A DNA stretch of 24,000 bases from Lacticaseibacillus baoqingensis (GCF_003946165.1 NZ_RHOI01000036.1:2212-26211); one strand, 5' to 3'. Shown: positions 1 to 7,565, numbered from the stretch's first letter. Numbers and translations are program-made. Notes: generated by a model from the letters alone, not told the origin.

Positions 1-496
1 CGCCGCCTACTGGGATGATGTAGACCTTGTGTCCGGCGGCTTCAAGCGCCGCTTTTTGCTTTAAGGCTAATGCCATCGCATATTCATCCGCTTGTGCTTC
101 CGTGCGGTCAGCCATGGACACATAGGTGATCTTGGCGCCTAAGATCTTGTCGATCAAAATATTGCCGCGATCACTGGTTTGATCTGGCGGCGTGATCGTT
201 TCTAAATACAACCATGGCGTCAATCCCAGCTTACGGGCGGCCACAGCCGTTTCCATCGCGTGATTGGACTGGGTCGCGCCGAAGGTGATCACCGTATCTG
301 CCCCTTGTGCCAACGCATCCCCCAGCAAAAACTCGAGCTTGCGGATCTTATTGCCGCCAAATAAATTTGGCCCAGTCAGATCATCACGCTTGAGCCACAA
401 ATTCACCCCTAATTGTTTTGAAAGCCGCTTAAGCTGATGTACTGGCGTAGGAAAAAAGCCTAAGTGTTCCCGTCGTAATCCATTGTATGCTGCCAT
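1..496 (-). CDS. PLP-dependent D-cysteine desulfhydrase / ACC-deaminase family protein, N-terminal ~165 codons (3' end lies beyond the window)
   Basis: Manual minus-strand translation from ATG at 496-494: MAAYNGLRREHLGFFPTPVHQLKRLSKQLGVNLWLKRDDLTGPNLFGGNKIRKLEFLLGDALAQGADTVITFGATQSNHAMETAVAARKLG..., open to position 1. The GGNKxRKLE PLP-lysine motif is typical of this family. AGGGGG RBS lies 6 nt upstream. Confidence 0.8.
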   Translation of the reverse strand, partial: MAAYNGLRREHLGFFPTPVHQLKRLSKQLGVNLWLKRDDLTGPNLFGGNKIRKLEFLLGDALAQGADTVITFGATQSNHAMETAVAARKLGLTPWLYLETITPPDQTSDRGNILIDKILGAKITYVSMADRTEAQADEYAMALALKQKAALEAAGHKVYIIPVGG

Positions 497-575
497 ATTC
501 TGCCCCCTGCATTGCGTTTGGTCATCTTGCTTCACAATATGGCAGTTAAAGATAGCGCTGTCAATTCATTGCACG

Positions 576-606
576 AAAAAAGACCAGTCGTCGTGACTTG
601 TCTTTT
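576..606 (-). terminator. Rho-independent terminator after nrdI
   Basis: Minus strand reads AAGACAAGTC-ACGAC-GACTGGTCTT followed by TTTTT, about 15 nt downstream of the nrdI stop. Confidence 0.6.
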
Positions 607-620
607 GTTGTTGCCCATTA

Positions 621-1103
621 TTAAACCAGTGCCCGTTTGACACCGCGCTTGTCGAAGTCGCGTTGATAATTGCACATTGCGGTATAGATCTTCGCTGCTT
701 CTTCATTATTGCCGCGCAATTCGAACAAGCCGATCACCGGCGAATTAAAGCGGCGCGCGTAATGCTTGGCCGTTAAACCAAATTGAGCGTTGAAGTTGCG
801 GTTGCCGCTGCCGATGATGCCCAGCAAGTTATCGGTATTGCCGGCTTGCAGCTCATCGCGAAAGTCTAAAGTCATGACTTCCTTATAGCCGTTGTTGATC
901 CCATCCCCGCCATCAAGGTAAGTCGGTACCATCGCAAAAAATGGTTTGTCCATGATGCTGGTATCGACAGTTTCACTATATTCTACGGCATGCAACTGCG
1001 GGTTGGCAGGATCTAAAGCGTGCTGCTTGTCCGCGTATGCCCCCAGGCGCTTCGCAAAAGCCCGTGTATTACCGGAAATCGAAACGTAAAAAAGATTCAG
1101 CAT
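621..1103 (-). CDS. nrdI: NrdI, flavodoxin-like flavoprotein of class Ib ribonucleotide reductase
   Basis: 160 aa ORF with N-terminus MLNLFYVSISGNTRAFAKRL (the NrdI-type SxxGNT FMN loop). Start overlaps the nrdF stop in a TAATG junction. Confidence 0.9.
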   Translation of the reverse strand: MLNLFYVSISGNTRAFAKRLGAYADKQHALDPANPQLHAVEYSETVDTSIMDKPFFAMVPTYLDGGDGINNGYKEVMTLDFRDELQAGNTDNLLGIIGSGNRNFNAQFGLTAKHYARRFNSPVIGLFELRGNNEEAAKIYTAMCNYQRDFDKRGVKRALV

Positions 1104-2089
1104 TACTTATCGCCTGCTTCCGGATCCGAGATCACGTCGATATTGTAATCATCATCATTCATCGCTTCAACTTGGCCCAGTAAGTAACCATTGCCGACTT
1201 GTGAGAAGAAATCATGGTTAGATGTCGTCGTGTTGATCCCGTTCATGATGATCGGGTTCACATCGCTAGCCGTGGTTGGGAACATGCTTTCTTTGCCTAA
1301 GTTCATCAAAGCCTTGTTGGCATTGTATTCAACGAAAGTCATCACTTGCTTGGTCCAGCCCACTTGGTCATAGCACAACGCCGCATACTTTTCTTCATTC
1401 GCGTAAAGCTTATATAACAAGTCATAAGCCCAATCATCTTGTTTTTGCTTTTCAGCATCAGACAGCTGATTGTAGGCGATTTGATACTTATAGCCGATAT
1501 AGGTGCCATGCACCGATTCGTCCCGCAAGATCAACTTGATGATCTCAGCTACATTGTTCAGCTTATTGTTGCCCAGATAATAAAGCGGTGTGTAGAACCC
1601 AGAATAAAACAGGCAGGTTTCCAGGAACACGTTAGCAACTTTTTTGTGCAACGGATCCGGATCATTGCGGTAAAGATCAACGATCCACTTGGCTTTATTT
1701 TGTAAAAACTCTTCAGAATCGGACCATTGGAAGATCTCATCGATTTCGGCTTGGGTGTTCAACGTCGAGAAAATGGTGGAATATGACTTGGCGTGAACAG
1801 ATTCCATGAATTGGATGTTGTTCAAAACCGCTTTTTCATGCGGTGTAATGGCACCAGTTGTCAAAGCCCGCATCCCATCTTGGCTTTGCACAGTATCCAA
1901 TAAGGTCAAACCGCCAAAAACGTGACCGACGACCCATTGGTGGGTGCTGTCGAGTTCCCGCCAGTCGTCCATGTCGTTGGAAACCGGGATCCGCGTATCC
2001 AACCAGAATTGTTCGGTAAGTTTTTCCCATGTCGCCTTGTCGACGGCGTCTGAGACGCGGTCCCAGTTAATCGCCTGATAATTTTCCAT
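1103..2089 (-). CDS. nrdF: Class Ib ribonucleoside-diphosphate reductase beta subunit NrdF
   Basis: 328 aa ORF with R2-type metal and radical motifs (ESVHAKSYS, RDESVHGTY, FYSGF). Acidic C-terminal tail. Translationally coupled to nrdI. Confidence 0.95.
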   Translation of the reverse strand: MENYQAINWDRVSDAVDKATWEKLTEQFWLDTRIPVSNDMDDWRELDSTHQWVVGHVFGGLTLLDTVQSQDGMRALTTGAITPHEKAVLNNIQFMESVHAKSYSTIFSTLNTQAEIDEIFQWSDSEEFLQNKAKWIVDLYRNDPDPLHKKVANVFLETCLFYSGFYTPLYYLGNNKLNNVAEIIKLILRDESVHGTYIGYKYQIAYNQLSDAEKQKQDDWAYDLLYKLYANEEKYAALCYDQVGWTKQVMTFVEYNANKALMNLGKESMFPTTASDVNPIIMNGINTTTSNHDFFSQVGNGYLLGQVEAMNDDDYNIDVISDPEAGDK

Positions 2090-2172
2090 AATGTGATGTG
2101 CTTCCTTTCGTCGGGGGTGTTAAAATATCACTTGCGCGCCTAATCTTACCACAGGTTGCCAATCCCGCCTAA

Positions 2173-2188
2173 TCGCAAGATGTTGCAC
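2173..2188. promoter_or_regulatory. Degenerate NrdR-like box (distal)
   Basis: TCGCAAGATGTTGCAC; the core CAAGATGTTG matches 8 of 10 positions of the CwAtATaTwG core. Its centre is 31 bp from the stronger box, the spacing typical of tandem NrdR boxes. Confidence 0.35.
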
Positions 2189-2193
2189 GTGAG

Positions 2194-2222
2194 TTGACCA
2201 TAGACACAATATACAGTATCAT
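2194..2222 (+). promoter_or_regulatory. Candidate sigma-A promoter of nrdE
   Basis: TTGACC (2194-2199), 17 nt spacer, TATCAT (2217-2222). The NrdR box sits in the spacer. Predicts a ~195 nt leader. Confidence 0.5.
2204..2219. promoter_or_regulatory. NrdR box
   Basis: ACACAATATACAGTAT matches 14 of 16 positions of the remembered NrdR consensus acaCwAtATaTwGtgt. Located in the nrdE / nrdF-nrdI divergent region and overlaps both predicted promoters. Confidence 0.6.
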
Positions 2223-2236
2223 ACACTTATTCTCAA
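2208..2236 (-). promoter_or_regulatory. Candidate sigma-A promoter of nrdF-nrdI
   Basis: On the minus strand: TTGAGA (2236-2231), 17 nt spacer, TATATT (2213-2208). The -10 lies inside the NrdR box. Confidence 0.45.
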
Positions 2237-2248
2237 ACACTTACTAAA

Positions 2249-2367
2249 ACACAGAGCGCAGCAAGCCGCACTTAGGCCTGTGGGTAAGGCGGCTTGGGTG
2301 CGGTGCAGTATGCACCGTGACCGAGACGACTTACCTGCAATGCCGTTGTGGTGCGCAACTCGACTAT
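2249..2367 (+). repeat. Long-hairpin intergenic repeat, copy D (in the nrdE 5' leader)
   Basis: Shares ACAGAGCGCAGCAAG..GCACTTAG..TGTGGGTAAGGC.GC.TGGGTGCG and the ..GCGCAACTCGAC end with the copies at 4591-4911. Folds as GTGGGTAAG / CTTACCTGC around an apical CGGTGCA-GTA-TGCACCG hairpin. Confidence 0.75.
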
Positions 2368-2422
2368 AAAACCCCGAGCAAAACCGCGTTTTTCGGTAAC
2401 ACTCGACAAAAGGAGTAACGTC

Positions 2423-4594
2423 ATGGGCCTCAAGTCTATTGATCCAGAACAAGTCACCTACTTCAAACTCAATAATGAAATCAACATCCCCGTCAACGGC
2501 CAGATCCCGCTTAACAAGGATAAAGAAGCATTGGCTGCATTTTTCAAAGAAAATGTTGAGCCGAACACCAAAAAATTTGCCAGCCTCAAAGAACGGCTCG
2601 CTTTTTTGGTGGACAATAATTATTATGAAGCCGCATTTTTAAGCAAGTACACCCCAGAATTCTTACAAAAGCTGACCGACTACCTAGCCGCCCAAGACTT
2701 CCAGTTCCAGTCATTCATGGCCGCTTACAAGTTTTATGCCCAATACGCGTTGAAGACTGACGATAACGAAGAATACCTCGAATCCTTCCCAGATCGGGTC
2801 TTTGCTAACGCATTATTCTTCGCAGATGGCAATGAAGAATTAGCCCTGCGCTTAGCCGACGAAATGATCCATCAACGCTATCAGCCGGCTACCCCATCAT
2901 TTCTCAATGCTGGGCGCGCGCGCCGCGGCGAATTAGTGTCTTGTTTCTTGTTGCAAGTGACTGATGACATGAACGCGATCGGCCGCGCGGTGAACTCTGC
3001 TTTAGAGCTTTCGCGGATCGGCGGCGGCGTGGGGATCACCTTGTCTAATTTGCGTGAAGGCGGCGCTCCGATCAAAGGGATCGAAGGCGCAGCCAGCGGC
3101 GTTTTGCCCGTCATGAAGCTGCTTGAAGATTCTTTTTCTTACTCCAACCAACTGGGCCAGCGGCAAGGGGCCGGCGTCGTTTACTTGAACGTCTTCCATC
3201 CTGATATTATCGCCTTTTTAGGCGCTAAAAAGGAAAATGCCGATGAAAAGTATCGGTTGAAGACCTTAAGCCTCGGCGTGATCGTTCCTGATAAGTATTA
3301 TGACTTGGTGAAAAATGATGAGGACATGTACCTCTTTTCACCATATTCCGTTGAACGCGAATACGGCCAGCCATTTTCTTACATCGACATCACCAAGGAA
3401 TACGACAACATGGTCGCTAACCCGAACATCACCAAGAAAAAGATCCGGGCGCGGGATCTGGAAACCGAGATCTCTAAGCTCCAACAAGAATCCGGCTATC
3501 CTTACATTTTAAATATTGATACCGCCAACAACGCCAGCCCGATCGCCGGCAAGATCATCATGTCCAACTTGTGCTCCGAGATCTTGCAAGTGCAAACCCC
3601 ATCGACTTTGAACAACCGCCAAGAATATGACGTCATGGGCACAGATGTTTCTTGCAACCTCGGCTCGACCAACATCCCGAACTTGATGAAGAGTCAAGAC
3701 TTCGAAAAGTCTGTCGATGCAATGGTGCGGGCATTGACCTATGTCACCGACCATTCTGAGATCGACGTGGTCCCATCTGTGCAACACGGCAACGATCTGG
3801 CCCACTCCATCGGTTTAGGGGCGATGGGCTTGCATACCTATTTTGCCAAGCATCACATGCACTATGGTTCGCCTGAATCGTTGGACTTCACCAACCAATA
3901 CTTCTTGCTGCTTAACTACTACACCTTGAAGGCCTCCAACAAGATCGCACGCGAACGCAAGCAAGTCTTCCACAATTTCGAAGCTTCCAAGTACGCAGAT
4001 GGCAGTTACTTTGACAAGTATCTTCAAGGCGATTGGGGCATCAAATACGATACGGTGAAGGCACAATTTGCCGGCATCCACATCCCGACCAAAGCCGACT
4101 GGGAACAGTTGAAAGCCGATGTGATGAAAGATGGGCTTTACCACCAAAACCGCATGGCCGTAGCCCCAAACGGCTCTATTTCCTACATTAACGACACCTC
4201 TTCTTCCTTACATCCGATCGTGAACCGGATCGAAGACCGTCAAGAAAAAACGATCGGGACGATCTACTACCCAGCTTCCGGTTTGGCTAACGACACCTTG
4301 CCATACTATCAAAGTGCCTATGACACCAACATGACCAAGGTCATCGACGTCTATGCCGCTGCGCAACAGCACGTCGATCAAGGGATGGCGATGACGCTCT
4401 TCATGCGTTCCACGATCCCGGCAGGACTTTATCCATGGAAAGAAGGCCGCACCGACAAGATGACCACGCGTGATCTCAACATCTTGCGCAACTATGCCCA
4501 CGCTAAAGGCATCAAGTCGATCTACTATATCCGGACCTTCACCGACGACGAAGACGAAATCGGCGCCAATGCCTGCGAGAGCTGCTCAATCTAA
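2423..4594 (+). CDS. nrdE: Class Ib ribonucleoside-diphosphate reductase alpha subunit NrdE
   Basis: The listed ORF runs 2348-4594. The ATG at 2423 follows AAAGGAG at 7 nt spacing and gives MGLKSIDPEQVTYFKLNNEINIP, an NrdE-type N-terminus. Contains the active-site NLCSEI motif and a C-terminal CESC redox pair. Confidence 0.95.
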   Translation: MGLKSIDPEQVTYFKLNNEINIPVNGQIPLNKDKEALAAFFKENVEPNTKKFASLKERLAFLVDNNYYEAAFLSKYTPEFLQKLTDYLAAQDFQFQSFMAAYKFYAQYALKTDDNEEYLESFPDRVFANALFFADGNEELALRLADEMIHQRYQPATPSFLNAGRARRGELVSCFLLQVTDDMNAIGRAVNSALELSRIGGGVGITLSNLREGGAPIKGIEGAASGVLPVMKLLEDSFSYSNQLGQRQGAGVVYLNVFHPDIIAFLGAKKENADEKYRLKTLSLGVIVPDKYYDLVKNDEDMYLFSPYSVEREYGQPFSYIDITKEYDNMVANPNITKKKIRARDLETEISKLQQESGYPYILNIDTANNASPIAGKIIMSNLCSEILQVQTPSTLNNRQEYDVMGTDVSCNLGSTNIPNLMKSQDFEKSVDAMVRALTYVTDHSEIDVVPSVQHGNDLAHSIGLGAMGLHTYFAKHHMHYGSPESLDFTNQYFLLLNYYTLKASNKIARERKQVFHNFEASKYADGSYFDKYLQGDWGIKYDTVKAQFAGIHIPTKADWEQLKADVMKDGLYHQNRMAVAPNGSISYINDTSSSLHPIVNRIEDRQEKTIGTIYYPASGLANDTLPYYQSAYDTNMTKVIDVYAAAQQHVDQGMAMTLFMRSTIPAGLYPWKEGRTDKMTTRDLNILRNYAHAKGIKSIYYIRTFTDDEDEIGANACESCSI

Positions 4595-4712
4595 CCAGAG
4601 CGAAGCAAAGCGGTTATAGGAGTGTGGGTAAGGCAGCGTGATGCGTTATGGCGTCAGCCATAGCGTGGCGCGATGACTTATCCGCGACCCCGTTGCTTTG
4701 CGCAGCTCGACG
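4591..4712 (+). repeat. Long-hairpin repeat, tandem copy A (122 nt)
   Basis: Begins at the nrdE stop codon (cTAAccagagcg). Near-identical to copy B. Long imperfect hairpin with apical CGTTATGGC-GTCA-GCCATAGCG. Confidence 0.85.
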
Positions 4713-4833
4713 CTAACCAGAGCGAAGCAAAGCGGTTTTAGGGGTGTGGGTAAGGCAGCGTGATGCGTTATGGCGTCAGCCATAGCGTGGCGCGATGACT
4801 TACCCGCGACCCCGTGCTTTGCGCAGCTCGACG
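4713..4833 (+). repeat. Long-hairpin repeat, tandem copy B (121 nt)
   Basis: Direct head-to-tail repeat of copy A, differing by a few substitutions and one indel (ttatagga/ttttaggg, cttatcc/cttaccc, ccgttgc/ccgtgc). Confidence 0.85.
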
Positions 4834-4911
4834 AGACCAGAGCGAAGCAAGGACGCACTTAGCGATGTGGGTAAGGCAGCCTGGGTGCGTCGCGGCACGC
4901 AGCTCGACGAT
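4834..4911 (+). repeat. Long-hairpin repeat, short variant copy C (~78 nt)
   Basis: Has the same ends (GACCAGAGCGAAGCAAG... and ...GCAGCTCGACGAT). Its interior resembles copy D (GCACTTAG, TGTGGGTAAGGCAGCCTGGGTGCG) but lacks the CTTACCC arm. Confidence 0.7.
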
Positions 4912-4912
4912 A

Positions 4913-4967
4913 GCAAAATAAAACCACTAGGAGCGTCCAAAAACGCCGCCTAGTGGTTTTATTTTGC
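4913..4967 (+). terminator. nrdE terminator hairpin
   Basis: Perfect 17 bp stem AAAATAAAACCACTAGG / CCTAGTGGTTTTATTTT. The T-rich 3' arm is followed by GCTTTC. Confidence 0.7.
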
Positions 4968-4992
4968 TTTCAGGCAGTTTCTCCCACCCATC

Positions 4993-5022
4993 AAAAAAAG
5001 CCGCATGCTCGCGGCTTTTTTT
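4993..5022 (-). terminator. Terminator of the PNPOx-family gene
   Basis: AAAAAAAGCCGC-ATGCTC-GCGGCTTTTTTT. On the minus strand the stem is followed by a U-run. Confidence 0.65.
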
Positions 5023-5075
5023 GTCATAATTGAATGATCCCGATCGGTTCTGTGACATGGTAGGGCAGTACCAGA

Positions 5076-5441
5076 TCAGATCTTTTGTTGAACATCATCG
5101 ATGGTGACGATTAACATCCGCGTCAGCCAAGGAAATTCGGCCTGCTTTTGGTCAAAAGCAGCGCCGTGGTCGACGAATTCGCCAGTTCCATGCACATGGA
5201 AGCCGGCACCAGGGCCGACGGTGCCTTCGACGGCTTTAGAGCCGAAGGTCAGCGTGAGATGATTATCCTGTGGAAAGTCTGCTTCAATGCTATGCATCCC
5301 GGCAGCCGGGATCAATAATTGGTTCTCTTTCAGCGTAATGTACGACATCCACGTATTGACCACATGGGCCGGGTGCGCGTTGATCGTAATGATCGTGACC
5401 GGACCTTCATGCTGCAACACTTCTAAAAATTTCGGATTCAT
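5076..5441 (-). CDS. Pyridoxamine 5'-phosphate oxidase-family FMN-binding (split-barrel) protein
   Basis: 121 aa ORF. AAGGAGG RBS 7 nt before the ATG. Size and sequence pattern (HEGPVTIITI..., IPAAGMHSIEADF) fit small PNPOx-like proteins. Confidence 0.7.
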   Translation of the reverse strand: MNPKFLEVLQHEGPVTIITINAHPAHVVNTWMSYITLKENQLLIPAAGMHSIEADFPQDNHLTLTFGSKAVEGTVGPGAGFHVHGTGEFVDHGAAFDQKQAEFPWLTRMLIVTIDDVQQKI

Positions 5442-5687
5442 CAGTTGCCTCCTTATGTGCCAACGTTCAACATACTAATTATAAGTCAGTTAGGGTTGAG
5501 GCAATAGCAACAAAATTGTCTAATTAATTATCGATATCTATCCTCGATAGAAAACGTGTGCTTGTCTAGTTTCTTATCTGAAACTGTCTTTTTATGTGCC
5601 GACCACCCAACCCAAGCCCTGCGTTTTGTGCTAGAATGTAAGTTAATCACAGGTTTTTTATTGCCTAATGAACAAGGAGGGTACCGC

Positions 5688-6569
5688 ATGTATCAAGCAT
5701 TATGGAGCGCCACCAGCGTCGACTTGGATCTCGGCGCCTTGAGCGCCGCGCCTGATCCAGAAGCTGGCGGCACCCAATTAGCAATTATTCAATGTCGACG
5801 GGAATGTCTCATGCGCCTCAAAGGCCGCCCGTTAGCTTTAAAAACGGGTGACATCGTCTTGATCCACAATCCCATGCCGGCCACGCTTGAAGCTTACAGC
5901 CCACAACGGCCGCTGCAAGCCCGCTTTTTCATCTTGCCGGTAGCCAACACCGTGGGGATCGGGCCTAACGCCATGATCACCAGCTTCTTGCAAAGCACCG
6001 ATACCGCCCACATCGTGTTCCGGCGGATCGCGCATGAGCTGACCAATGGCTATTGTGAACAGCTGGCCCGCTTGATGCTGATGCAGCCGCAAGATGGCTA
6101 CTTACGCTATGAAGCGTCGATGTTGGCCAATTTGTTGCTCACTGAGCTGTCGCGAGCGCGGTTGAATGCGATGATGATCATCGAATCTGACTTCCCAGAA
6201 GACAACTTACGCGGCGCTGATAAGGCGCACCAAGTCGGTTTGATCTTGAACTATATCATGGCCCATATCGACAGCGTAACGTTAAAATCTGCCGCAGATT
6301 ACTTTGGCTACGAGCCGAATTACTTCTCCCGGTTGTGCCACGATTTGTTCAAGAAACCATTTTCTGCTGAATTGCGCTTCATTCGCATGAACCAAGCCAA
6401 GAAGATGCTGGCGATGACTGCCCAAAGCGTCGCAGAGATCGGCTTTAGCCTCGGCTACAAGAATCCGGCCAATTTCGACCATACCTTCAAAAAACAATTC
6501 AACATCACCCCTTCTGCCTACCGCCGCCAAGCCCAACGCGCCCAAGCCGCCGATACAGAAGTGCATTAA
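5688..6569 (+). CDS. AraC-family transcriptional regulator
   Basis: C-terminal double HTH (LKSAADYFGYEPNYFSRLCHDLFKKPF...VAEIGFSLGYKNPANFDHTFKKQFNITPSAYRR). The ATG at 5688 follows AAGGAGG. The listed ORF start at 5556 has no RBS. Confidence 0.9.
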   Translation: MYQALWSATSVDLDLGALSAAPDPEAGGTQLAIIQCRRECLMRLKGRPLALKTGDIVLIHNPMPATLEAYSPQRPLQARFFILPVANTVGIGPNAMITSFLQSTDTAHIVFRRIAHELTNGYCEQLARLMLMQPQDGYLRYEASMLANLLLTELSRARLNAMMIIESDFPEDNLRGADKAHQVGLILNYIMAHIDSVTLKSAADYFGYEPNYFSRLCHDLFKKPFSAELRFIRMNQAKKMLAMTAQSVAEIGFSLGYKNPANFDHTFKKQFNITPSAYRRQAQRAQAADTEVH

Positions 6570-6595
6570 AAAAGCCGCCAATGGCGGCTTTTTTA
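6568..6595. terminator. Bidirectional terminator between convergent genes
   Basis: AAAAAAGCCGCC-AAT-GGCGGCTTTTTT, flanked by A and T runs on both sides. Confidence 0.75.
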
Positions 6596-6601
6596 ATGCG
6601 A

Positions 6602-7138
6602 TCAACTAAAGTTGCCTGGCGTCAATATCTCCCCAGGCACACGGTATACCTTCGACCCGCGGTCACCGGCAAACCCTACCGGCACGATCGCCTCTGCGTC
6701 AAACTGTCCGCCGGCAAGCGCCGCGTCGTCGACTAGCCGCTCGGTAATGTGCGCGGTAAAGTTCACGTAACCTTGGTAGACTTGCGTGGCGTCGATTTTC
6801 AACAACAGTGCGGCAAACGCCGCTGTCAGCACGGGTAACCCATTGATCTTGTCATGGGCAAAACGCGGATCAGTCAACTTGGCGGTTCCTGGATGGCTGC
6901 CGGCAAACTCGACCATATCCAAATGCGTCCGATCCAAAAAATTGATCGTTCCTTGCCGATAGGTTAATAGCTGCATCGCCGCATTCGTGTCACTGCTGAG
7001 CCCAAAACAATACATCCCGCCTAAGCTATACCCAGAGCTGCAAGTCGTAACATTATAGCCGAAGCGTTCATCTTGATAGCCGATAATAAAGATCGGATAG
7101 TTAAAATACATGTGCCTAGTTGGATAAGAAACAAGCAT
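6602..7138 (-). CDS. Hypothetical protein (178 aa), family not recognised
   Basis: ORF with AAGGGGG RBS 6 nt before the ATG at 7138, 19 nt downstream of the DUF488 gene stop. No motif I can name. Confidence 0.6.
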   Translation of the reverse strand: MLVSYPTRHMYFNYPIFIIGYQDERFGYNVTTCSSGYSLGGMYCFGLSSDTNAAMQLLTYRQGTINFLDRTHLDMVEFAGSHPGTAKLTDPRFAHDKINGLPVLTAAFAALLLKIDATQVYQGYVNFTAHITERLVDDAALAGGQFDAEAIVPVGFAGDRGSKVYRVPGEILTPGNFS

Positions 7139-7157
7139 AATGGGCCCCCTTGTGTGG

Positions 7158-7517
7158 TCACTGCGCTAAGCGTTCACTCAGATAGTCGCTTAACACGACG
7201 GCGTTGTTGTGTTGGGTATCTTTAGCCCCATATAATAATAAAACCCGTTTTTCGTCGCTGGCCTTAAGCTTGGCCACTAACGCTTCAACAGCTGGATTCG
7301 CATCCAATTCGGCGCGATAACGCTGGGTAAATTCACTAAATTTTTCCGGATCATGGCCAAACCACTTACGCAACTCCGTACTTGGCGCGACGGTTTTATC
7401 CCAAGCGTCTAACGCGGCTTTTTCCTTGCTCACACCGCGCGGCCAGACGCGATCGATCAAGACACGCAAGCCTGCTGGCGCATCATGTGCATAGATCCTT
7501 ACTGGTAATAATTCCAT
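7158..7517 (-). CDS. DUF488 (YeaO-like) family protein
   Basis: MELLPVRIYAHDAPAGLRVLIDRVWPRGVSKEKAALDAWDKTVAPSTELRKWFGHDPEKF matches the DUF488 signature (DRxWPRG, APSxxLRxWFxH). The internal ATG at 7517 has a GAGGTG RBS. The upstream extension to 7643 lacks support. Confidence 0.85.
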   Translation of the reverse strand: MELLPVRIYAHDAPAGLRVLIDRVWPRGVSKEKAALDAWDKTVAPSTELRKWFGHDPEKFSEFTQRYRAELDANPAVEALVAKLKASDEKRVLLLYGAKDTQHNNAVVLSDYLSERLAQ

Positions 7518-7536
7518 TCCGATCACCTCTGCCTTG

Positions 7537-7565
7537 ATTAAAGCAGGCCTAAGCGGCGCCGTCAA
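7537..7565 (-). promoter_or_regulatory. Candidate promoter of the DUF488 operon
   Basis: Minus strand: TTGACG, 17 nt spacer, TTTAAT, about 20 nt upstream of the RBS. Confidence 0.4.

Noticed and set aside
2121-2130. Extended -10 (TGATATTTT on the minus strand) as the nrdF promoter
   Set aside because: No usable -35 is present and it does not overlap the NrdR boxes. The TTGAGA-17-TATATT candidate at 2208-2236 is better. This one is kept only as an alternative.
2348-2422. N-terminal extensions in the ORF track: nrdE from 2348, AraC from 5556, DUF488 to 7643, PBP from 7658, M42 to 15683
   Set aside because: In each case an internal ATG preceded by a GGAG-type RBS gives the family-typical N-terminus. 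The extensions lack an RBS, overlap promoters or repeats, or overlap the upstream gene.
4561-4600. Similarity between the last ~15 nt of nrdE (GAGCTGCTCAATCTAA) and the repeat 3' end (GCAGCTCGACGCTAA), considered as a target-site duplication or evidence that the repeat arose from the gene end
   Set aside because: The match is short and gapped and could be chance. It cannot be evaluated without other genomic copies.
4646-4858. 70 aa minus-strand ORF across repeat copies A/B, and the similar 77 aa and 61 aa ORFs at 2219-2457
   Set aside because: No RBS is present. Their similar peptides (..AALPTPLKPLCFALV..) are simply a by-product of translating the repeat. They lie antisense to the nrdE transcript.
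4591-4911. Tandem repeats considered as a CRISPR array
   Set aside because: The units are contiguous with no unique spacers and are about 120 nt long. They fold as single long hairpins. No cas genes are in the window.
4591-4911. Repeats (and the element at 12611-12733) considered as integron attC sites: conserved ends, variable hairpin core, ATCTAAC and GTTAGGG-like strings
   Set aside because: No integrase is present. The RYYYAAC/GTTRRRY pattern fits only some copies. The elements flank a core housekeeping gene rather than promoterless cassettes.
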